A DNA stretch of 63,729 nt, counting the filler, from Octopus bimaculoides (lineage: Eukaryota), in assembly GCF_001194135.2 (NCBI RefSeq). It is 9 parts of 9 records of this genome, joined end to end, with 100 filler letters (N's around TTAATTAATTAA, not from the genome) between each part and the next. Parts side by side here need not be neighbours in the genome. Positions count along the whole stretch, not along the records: positions 54,412 to 59,084 come from NC_069005.1; positions 59,185 to 61,761 come from NC_068994.1; positions 61,862 to 63,729 come from NW_026373837.1; 6 more parts are not named here. One strand, 5' to 3'. The first letter of the stretch is position 1; the number at the start of each line of letters is the position of its first letter. The position numbers and the translations under genes were made by a program. This document shows positions 54,606 through 63,729 of this stretch, piece after piece. The notes under the pieces were generated by a model. It worked only from the letters and a program-made list of their open reading frames with translations, did no database searches and was not told the origin of the DNA.

Positions 54606-54748
54606 CTCTTTCGTCAAATGGATTGTTATCTCCATGATCACGTGTCTCGAAACTCAGTTTTATGTCGGCTGAAATGTCGTCTTTTACCTTGGTAAAGCTA
54701 AGAGCCGATACTTTTGACCAGTGTTCAAATGCTCTCTCCAGAATTTTT
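54606..54748 (-). CDS. Gene 2 exon: matrix metalloproteinase (M10A) catalytic-domain segment
   Basis: Acceptor aatgtttcag|, donor AGAG|gtttgt, phase 2-1: KILERAFEHWSKVSALSFTKVKDDISADIKLSFETRDHGDNNPFDER, matching MMP AF..WS.V..L.F, ADI.I.F and HGD..PFD. Confidence 0.9.
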
Positions 54749-55477
54749 CTGAAACATTTTAATTCGATTCATCCATAAAAACAGATCCAATGCAGTTAAT
54801 ACAGGGTGGCTTATAGTAATTAGACGTAACGCGTATTAACGAAATTAGTATTACTTAATCCATACGAATAGTGTTTAAGATTAATTTACCCTCTAAGCGT
54901 TTCTAGTAATCAACTCCAGCCACTGAACATTCTCGCAGATTTATATTGTGATTCTGTCATAAGTATCTTTGTAAGTACGATGAAGTCTATACAGCATTAG
55001 GGAATCCTAACAATGCCAAAACAAGGGACATTCAGTAGCAGTACTCTAAAGTAAAGATTATTTGCCAACATCATGTGGCAGTCCCTGCTGGGGCGAATGT
55101 TACTGTTATTTAGCCACAGGAAACATTTTTATTTTCATTGAGAGATTTAGAAATAATATTTCTTGTTATTAGATCAGTGATTGTGTGTAATTTCGAAAAT
55201 TTATCCTGTGCCGAGGAACAGAAATAACCCAGAAACCGCATCCAGAGATATTGCTTTGTGCTGAGTGGGGATGCTAAACTCTCCTGTTCGAAAATATAAG
55301 GACACGGATAGTGTGTCGTATAGCCAGCTGGAGACGATGTTTCTTGGGGCTAAAGAACAGTAACATTCGTCCCAACCGAGAGTGGCACATTGTGTCGGCA
55401 AATGATCTTTACTTTAAAGTACTGTTACTGAAGGTCTGTCGTTCAGAGATTTAGAAATAAGGATATATCTATTTGTG

Positions 55478-55514
<37 letters not shown>

Positions 55515-55524
55515 NNNNNNNNNN

Positions 55525-55557
<33 letters not shown>

Positions 55558-56469
55558 TGTTATGTGACAGAATGAAAAACAATAGCACGCGATGTCCGCG
55601 TGTTTATGTTGTGTATTAGCATGGATTATAATGCACCACAAGTCAAATCGATATCAATTAATAAACGGTTTGAGCTGTTCAAGATGGTCCCAAGATCAGA
55701 TTAAGAACTTCTTTTATTCCCGGCGACGTCCGTGTATTACGATATTTCTTACCAGGAGTACAAGGAATTACTGAATCACACATTCAAGCTTTCTATCAAC
55801 CTTTATTACCCACAGAACCAACTAAAACTAGACACCAATATACCAGCATTGTCTAAGCTTAACTCGGTTACCTATGCAACCCAGTTATTTCAACGTGAAT
55901 AATCCCCACATACTATGAATTCACAAACACTTTCTACTTTACAAAAGTGAAGGACAAACCAGAATAACGAGACTAAGATATAAGAAATTCCCTATCGAGT
56001 ATCACATAAGTGATTACCCATCATCAGCTGCCAAAGAGATATCGCTATAGTTTCAACACCTAAGCACTGTCATGCAACCTGGCGGTGTCCGCAGCGTTAA
56101 AAATTTAAATGCTTTCTGAGAATCCTCCAGCTTATAACTACAGGTAACAACATAGGAGTAAACAAACAGTGATAAGTTATAGCTATAAATTAGTATTTAT
56201 ATGAAAGAAGTAATTCCAAAACGAGACATTCAGACAATACTAGAAGCATAAACAACTAGATGCTTTGTTTCTCAATCAACATCACATCATGATCATGATA
56301 GCCCACCTAATAACGATTAGTGGAACAGTAGTACATCACATAAACAAAGTCCTCAGACTACGTACAAGGAAAAGGACAAGCTTAGATCAATATCCAGGAA
56401 ACAAATTAAATAATACAAAATATATTAACCAAATAAGCTGCTGATCAAGCAGCAGTAATGATGACATGA

Positions 56470-56655
56470 TTTCTGTTGTTGATAACTTTTTTGGCCAAAA
56501 GGATAAAAGCTTTTTCACCTGTGGCATCCGAGCACTGCGACACCAATGGATGAATTGCGTTGACCATAAGAGGGACTATGTTGAAAACTAAAGCTCGTTT
56601 GATCACATTCAATGAGAGTGTGTTGGTTAGTCTATGAACTTTTTAGCCGAGCACA
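56470..56655 (+). mobile_element. Mariner 3' end with right TIR
   Basis: GIRALRHQWMNCVDHKRDYVEN* followed by gtctatgaacttttagc, related to the TIR at 16753. Confidence 0.75.
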
Positions 56656-56921
56656 TTTATATATACTGAGAGGGTAGATAACTGCCCCAAGAGCGAAGCA
56701 AAGCCAGATCACTGGACTTTACAGTTTCATCCTAATGGGAATTATCAACAGTGTGCCACCATTGCTTTTATATATATTACCAATCCCCCAACGCCTGCCA
56801 ATTCCCAACGCTTACCGATTCCCAACGCTTGTTATGCGCATGTATACTCATGCATGCGCGCGCGAGAGTACGCATGTGCACGCACATGAGTGTGTGCGCG
56901 TACACAGATGTGCATGCATGC

Positions 56922-56958
<37 letters not shown>

Positions 56959-57533
56959 TACATATGTGTTTGTGTACGTATAAATGAATACGCATGTTTG
57001 TGTATGTGTGTGTGCATGCGCGTACATGTGTATGCATGTGTGTGTGCGCGTGTATGTGTGCGTGTGCGCGCACGCATGTTCGTTCATATATGTGGGGGCG
57101 AGCGCATGCGCGCTCATGTACAGATACACACGCTCGCTTCAATACAGACATGCTCGCAAAACTATATGAGCGCATCTACACACCCACATATATAATTATG
57201 TACTTGCACATACCATCCCTTCTTACTTCCCCTTGTCCGCTAAGCGGTCGATTTCCTGTTCGCCATGTTGTATTTTCCAACTAATTGTTACCGATATACC
57301 AACATCAAACCACGACACCGCGTGAGCTTCCTCGACCAATCACAGCTGAACCCTAATACTAACCCTAACCCTAACCCTAGCCTTACGGTAATAACAATTA
57401 ACTTCTGTCAATCAAATTCAAAATGGCTGAAGACTAGCATCAGACTTGAAACTCAAGAGTACCAACGAATCCGAATCAAGCTGTTTTTATCCATGTATTT
57501 ATCCATGTATTTATCCATGATTTTATATATGTA

Positions 57534-57589
<56 letters not shown>

Positions 57590-57699
57590 CATACATACAT
57601 ACATACATACATACATACATAAATACATATATACATAATAGACCTGACATAGTGACATAGTAATTTAGGATAGAGAGGAGAAATTGTGTATAGTTGTGG

Positions 57700-57990
57700 A
57701 AATCAGCTGAACAACGCATGTTAACATAAATCTAAACATCAGCGAAAAAGAAAATTCTTAAGCCGAACTATTGAGGAATCTACAGCTACTCTATTCAGAT
57801 TACAAGTTCAGGTTTATACCTGTAATTATTGGAGCACTGGGATATGTAACACACTGCCTAAATAGAAATCTTGAGAAATCAGGCTTTTCAAAACTAGAAA
57901 AGAGAACGCTGATTCGAATACAAATCCAAGCCGTCACTAGAATTGTAAAAATCTGTAAAACTTTCCAGGAGTTTATCACTTAAGTATATA
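57700..57990 (+). mobile_element. RLE-type LINE C-terminal fragment
   Basis: RNLQLLYSDYKFRFIPVIIGALGYV..KICKTF; same family as 16020-16570. Confidence 0.75.
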
Positions 57991-58579
57991 TGCGTATGTC
58001 TAGATATGCAACTATATGCATGAGAATACATACACAAAACAAAACAAACAAATCTGCACACACACATACATATATATATATATACAAAAATAACCCTGTT
58101 GATGTTGTTGAAATTCCAATGAAGGGGCCTTAGATCTAGATTAGAAACCTACTGGCAAGAAATCTTGAAATAAAACTGAATATTGACATACATACATACA
58201 TACACACACAGAGACTTATATTAATATATGTTTCGTGTTCAATTATAACCCTTTCAACTAAAGGTACAAGGCCTGGAATTTTGGGCTGGGAACAAATCAA
58301 TTACATCGACACCAGTGTTTCACTGGTACTTAATTTATGGACCTCGAAAGTATGAAGGGCAAAGTCGACCTCGGCGGAATTTGAACTCAGAACGTAGCTA
58401 CGGACGAAATGCTGCTAAGCATTTTGTCCGGCGCGCTCACGATTCTGCCAACTGACCGCCTTATGTTTAGTTCCAATAAAATAAAATTTAAAAAGAAAAC
58501 ACTTTAATATTACGGAGATGTACTTGCATAGCAAGTGACCTGATCTGAGATCGTGTGCTGGAACGAAAACAATTGCAGC

Positions 58580-58805
58580 GTGGAAGGTGTTTATAAGCCA
58601 TTTAAAATAACACACAAAAACCGTTAGATTCACTTCAACATTTAAATTAAATTTGTCAAAATATTTTCGTCGCTTTGAGACCGCTGTCAGTGAACAGGGC
58701 GCGGTCTCAAAGCGACGAAAATATTTTGACAAATTAAATTTAAATGTTGAAGTGAATCTAACGGTTTTTGTGTGTTATTTTAAATAACTTGTAAACACCT
58801 TCCAC
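58580..58805. repeat. 105-bp near-perfect hairpin with a 16-nt loop
   Basis: 58580-58684 versus 58701-58805; about 4 mismatches by eye. Confidence 0.9.
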
Positions 58806-58855
58806 TTTAATATTAGTCTGGAGGATTACTCGACAATTTTGTATAGTATACTTAC

Positions 58856-58937
58856 AACTGCTCTTTTGTTGTTAACTTCGATGTTTTGCTGTAGGTTTTC
58901 ACTGCCCATGTTAAACTTTTGTTCTTCCAAGAAGCAA
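58856..58937 (-). CDS. Gene 2 exon: start of the MMP catalytic domain
   Basis: Acceptor tttttttgtgatttag|, donor |gtaagt, phase 1-2: ASWKNKSLTWAVKTYSKTSKLTTKEQ (compare MMP W.K..LTW/Y). Splices in frame to 54748 (TT+A = Leu). Confidence 0.85.
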
Positions 58938-59185
58938 CTAAATCACAAAAAAAAAATTGTTAATGCTTCACTTAAAAAACCATGTATACATACACACAAA
59001 CACTTACACACATTCACACACACATATGCACAGACACACTTATATATGCACATATATATGTATGGATATATATATATATATATANNNNNNNNNNNNNNNN
59101 NNNNNNNNNNNNNNNNNNNNNNNNNNNNTTAATTAATTAANNNNNNNNNNNNNNNNNNNNNNNNNNNNNNNNNNNNNNNNNNNNT

Positions 59186-60056
59186 GTGGTTGTTGGTGTT
59201 GTGGTTGGTGTGGTTGTTGGTGTTGTGGTTGGTGTGGTTGTTGGTGTTGTGGTTGGTGTGGTTGTTGGTGTTGTGGTGGGTGTGGTTGTTGGTGTTGTGG
59301 TTGGTGTTGTGGGCGTTGTTGGCGTTGCTGGTGTGGTTGGTGGCGTAAGTGTTGTGTCTACTGTGTCCTGCTTACATGCACAGTGTGTCTCCGGACAGAA
59401 TCCCAAGCCACAATTCAAAACACACCAATCTACCATACCAGGTATTGCTACAAAGTCGGGTTTCACACTACAATCTAACGGAGCGGCACTTGTTCCCGCC
59501 TGGTCGGCTGTTGTCTGTGGCTCGGGTGTTGTTGTTGGTGGTGGTGTTGTCGGTGGTGGTGGTGATGTTGTCGGTGGTGCTGGTGTTGTTGGTTCTTCAG
59601 TTGGTGGTGGTGGATTTGATGGATCCGAGTTGTCGGAAGGGGTACTCTGGTTTTCATCTAAGCATCGGCAATGCGTTGGAGGGCAGTGTCCCATGTGACA
59701 GTTCAGGTAACACCATTCTAACATACCTGGCACTATCATATAATCTGTCTTGACATTGCAGGGTATGTTGCAGGCGCAGTGCGAATAAGGGCAATAACCG
59801 TATAGACAATTGGTTGCGCACCAATAGTTAATTCCGGGTACATAGCTGTAGATACCGTAGCATCCAAAATGGTGATAATAGGGGTAATGGTGGTAATAGG
59901 GGTAATTGTAATAGGGTAAGGGCTCCTGGATAGCTGACACATTATTAGTTTTATTGGTGTCTGTTGTCTCACTTAAGGGCAGATCGACCATCTTTGTCGT
60001 TGTCAGGTCGATGCAACCGGCGTACTCTTTTTCTATGGCATTCGGTGAAAACTCCG
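59186..60056 (-). CDS. Large exon: Tyr/His-rich stretch, three 6-Cys modules and Pro/Thr mucin-like linkers; probably the 5' part of gene 2
   Basis: Poly-T acceptor ...ttactgtag| at 60057, phase 1; 871 nt with no stop up to the gap; repeated PG..WC..NC..G.CP..HC.C; (PTTT)n. Confidence 0.9.
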
Positions 60057-60148
60057 CTACAGTAAAAAAAAAAAAAAAAAAAAGAAAATAAAAATACAAA
60101 TTAACATCATCATTATTGTTGTTGTCGCTATTATTATTATCATCATTA

Positions 60149-60195
<47 letters not shown>

Positions 60196-60597
60196 GAGTG
60201 AGAGAGCAGCGCATGCCATCAAAGTGACACTGGGGTAAAATATACGAAGCCCAGTATACCCATCATGACTACCCGTCTCATAAGGGTACACCAGGCACAT
60301 ACATTACAACCATATGTGCCTAACCCACGTGCCTTTCTTTCTAGGTCCACTATTTATATCTCATTTCTCTTTCCTCTTTTCCCTGTTTCTCCTGGCCTTT
60401 TTGCACCCGAAGAAGAACAATGTCCGAAACGTCACAATTGTTGATCGTTTCATTCTTCGTTGAGCACCAACCTAATAATATTAACGTAAACGTCCCTTGT
60501 ACTTTTGTTGTCTTTTTGTTTTTGTTATCTTTCCACTATTCCTAACACATTGAGTCCTACATCGCAGATTGCTTGCACCGTGTGAAATATAACTTAC

Positions 60598-60642
60598 TAT
60601 ATTTTACTGCTCCTACATTATCACACATACAAAAACACTCTC
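60598..60642 (-). CDS. Candidate upstream exon end for gene 2 (start hidden in gap)
   Basis: Donor |gtaagt at 60597, phase 1, open into the gap (..ECFCMCDNVGAVKY); no start codon or signal-peptide core confirmed. Confidence 0.25.
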
Positions 60643-62060
60643 NNNNNNNNNNNNNNNNNNNNNNNNNNNNNNNNNNNNNNNNNNNNNNNNNNNNNNNNNN
60701 NNNNNNNNNNNNNNNNNNNNNNNNNNNNNNNNNNNNNNNNNNNNNNNNNNNNNNNNNACATATTCTATATTTGCGGCAGATATGACAACAAGGGCTGTCT
60801 TTTTAATCGTGCAAACATTTGCGGAAGTCTAAAATTTTATCTTTCCTGATGATGAAATTGGGTTAACGTGTAGTTTAGCAGTTTAAAAAAATGAAAGTAA
60901 ATTACGGAAGTGATGACAGTAACAAAATATAATTTCATAATTTCACATAAGTAAATTTATAACAGAACTAATGTACAGAATGTACATGTTCTAATGACAT
61001 GAAATCTTTATAACGAAAACGTGGCGCGGCACCATAGGATGACAAAGGAACACAAGATAAAACAGGAAAATACACACACACCCGACTCAGAAACGCTCAT
61101 ACTCTCATCAATTGTTGACCAAATATCATCACAATTTCGGCACCTTCCAACAATAATGTTTAATTTGGCGGTGTCAGTAATAGAAGCTGCCGGGGTATAA
61201 ATGAGCAGGAAAGATAGACGAATACGAATAGAAAAGAATTCAAGTAGGAGGACAAGAAAAAATGAGATCTATTGACCGAACGGTAAATAAGGACAAGTTA
61301 TGAATAAAACAATAAGAGATATATATCAAAAGGGACAAAATGGCAAGGACAGTGACAGGACATTTGTGTACATAGAATGTCTTTCGAGGGTAGGAAGTGG
61401 CGAAACGGAAAGTGGAATAAATATAAAAGTTAGAGATAAACAGATACGAAGAAGAAATAAAAGTAGAAAGATCTAACGATAGTAAAGATAAGTGAATGCG
61501 AGCATTGAAAGAAAGGTCCGTAAATAGGGGGAAAAAATAGAAATAGTTATAAAGTAAGAACGGAAGACAAAGAAAGCAATAAAGAAAAGCTAAAGGGCAG
61601 TGAGCTGGCAGATACGTTAGGACGCCGGGCGAAATACTAAGCGGTGTTGCGTGTCTGCGACTGCTTGTGTAGGCATTCTAGGTAGTAAGACTTTTCTGTT
61701 AGAAACATTTGCATATATATAATGAATATATGATAAAGAAACACACACACACACACACACANNNNNNNNNNNNNNNNNNNNNNNNNNNNNNNNNNNNNNN
61801 NNNNNTTAATTAATTAANNNNNNNNNNNNNNNNNNNNNNNNNNNNNNNNNNNNNNNNNNNNTTTGTGGAAATTGAAAGAAGCCCATCATGACAATATACC
61901 CTGACACCCCATCTCCACTGTCATTTCTCCCTTTCTAGTATCTCCTCGTCAGCAAGCCCCTTTTCCCTGTCCTACTTTTTTCAGCCCCTCAACACCTGAC
62001 ACAAAGCCCCCACTTCTCAATACAACACCCCAGCTCGAAAAGTTTTTGTGTTCTGAGTAA

Positions 62061-62325
62061 AGCAGACAACTAGAACTGAATGCAGTCGTCTGGTTGGTTG
62101 AATTCTGTTGGATAAGTTCACCTATGGCAGCATGGAAGACGGACTTTGGTTAGTGTTAGGAAGGGCTTCCGGCTGAAGAAACCAAACCAAAAGCAGATAA
62201 CTGGAACTGAATGCAGTATTCTGGTTGGTTGAATTCTGTCGGATAAGTTAACCAATGGCAACATGGAAGACTGACTTTGGTTGGCGTTAGGAAGGGCTTC
62301 CGACTAAAGAAACCAAACCAAAAGC
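62061..62325 (+). repeat. 131-bp tandem duplication
   Basis: Units start at 62061 and 62192 and are clearly homologous with scattered substitutions. Confidence 0.85.
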
Positions 62326-62734
62326 TGATGTTGCAGCACCACATGTCCTCTGGCTTAGCAGATTCTGTTGAACCATTTGACTCATACCAGCCTGGAAGGC
62401 GGAAGCACCATGAGAGAGGATGATGAATGAATACATTTGTAATCATTGTTTACTTCCTGATATAGTATTTATCACACACACGCACGTGTATACACTTATA
62501 CCATATATGTTGCAATAGTTCTTTCTACTATAGGCACATGGCCTGAAATTTGAGGGAGGGGCTAGTCAATTACATTGACCCCCCCCCCCCCAGCACTTAA
62601 CTGGTATTTATTTTACCAACCCCGAAAGGATGAAAGGCAAAGTTGACCTCGGTGGGATTTGAACTCAGAAAGTAAAATATATGTCACAATAATGAAGTCA
62701 AACCAAATGATGTTTTGAAAGCATTTAGTACATA

Positions 62735-63130
62735 CAGGTGTGGCCATGTGGTAAGAAGCTTGCCTCCCAACCATGTAGTTCCGGGTTCAGTACCCCTGCA
62801 TGGCATCTTGGCCAGATGTCTTTTACTATAGCCTCAGTCCAACGAAATTCTTGTGAGTGGATTTGGTAGATGGAAACTGAAAGAAGCTTGTTCTGTGTGT
62901 GTGTGTGTGTGTGTGTGTGTCTTTGCGTTTGTGCTTGTCCCCCCACCACTGCTTGACAACCGATGCTGGTGTGTTTATGTCTCTGTAACTTAGCGGTTCG
63001 GCAAAAGAGACCAATAGAATAAGTACAAGGTTTTTAGAAAATAAGTCCTGGGGGTCGATACATTCAACTAAAAATTCTTCAAGGCAGTGCTCCGGCATGG
63101 CCACAGTCTAATAACTTGAACAAGTAAAAG
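62735..63130 (+). mobile_element. Family A SINE, near full length
   Basis: Homologous to 10306-10700. Confidence 0.85.
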
Positions 63131-63689
63131 ATATATATACACACACATGCATACACATGTATATATAAACCATAAAAAGTCAGGTGGTATGAGAGGTGAA
63201 TATATTTACTTAAGCATTTGATTTTCTTAGGATTACAGCTGTTTCGCAGCGTTCATCATGTAATAATTTCAGTGTATAATAAATTGCTTACATGTCTGCA
63301 CTAATATACATGCTATGCATTATACAATTCTGTATCAACAAATCAAAGCAGATAAAGAAGGCCAGCTCATCGGATCACCAAAACGTTGCATAGAACTTGG
63401 CATTATATGTGGTCTGATTGCCAGGTCCAGTGGAGGAGCTTTCTGTGATAGCCACAGGATTCTGTGAATCCACATATTGCACTACAAATAAATATACAGT
63501 GAGATAGTTGTAGTTGTGTGTGTGTGTGTGTGTGTAGAAAGGATCTGTGACAGGGTATATAAACTAAGCCGCCCTATTCCCTTTGTACACCCTCCCTTAG
63601 GGTATGTAAACACCACTACCACCTCTGGCTGCTTGGGACTAACTGGCTATCACACAGCTGTGAGTGTGTATGTATGTATAGTACAAACA

Positions 63690-63729
<40 letters not shown>

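Noticed and set aside
54682-54687. Donor AAG|gtaaaa ending the MMP exon at FTK
   Set aside because: The frame continues through ADIKLSF and HGDNNPFD, so the exon extends to 54606.
57350-57381. Interstitial telomere
   Set aside because: Only about three CCCTAA units, too short to indicate a fusion site.

Overview
AT-rich animal genomic DNA, saturated with microsatellites and broken by many N gaps. The SINE/LINE landscape points to a coleoid cephalopod, most likely Octopus (inference). The supplied ORF track is mostly simple-repeat noise, and the real genes only appear on reading splice sites. (1) A plus-strand gene with TATA/Inr and three phase-consistent exons (2662-2752, 4969-5169, 6390-6476) encodes a small secreted Cys-containing protein resembling DUF4773. 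(2) Two minus-strand exons (58937-58856, 54748-54606) splice in frame into the N-terminal half of a matrix metalloproteinase (M10A) catalytic domain. Just upstream, across a gap, a large exon (60056-59186) encodes a Tyr/His-rich stretch, three copies of a 6-Cys module (C-x7-9-PG-x3-WC-x2-NC-x2-G-x-CP-x2-HC-x-C) and a Pro/Thr mucin-like stalk. If these belong to one gene it is an unusual MMP architecture; no HExxH exon was found in the sequenced DNA. Orphan minus-strand exon candidates and apparent CpG depletion suggest a third gene across about 19-51 kb. The rest is transposable-element debris: a roughly 5 kb Helitron fossil, Tc1/mariner remnants, RTE, R4/Dong-like and CR1-like LINE fragments, many tRNA-derived SINEs, Penelope-type repeats carrying minimal hammerhead ribozyme motifs, and several long near-perfect inverted repeats. 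No CRISPR, rRNA or credible tRNA gene was found.
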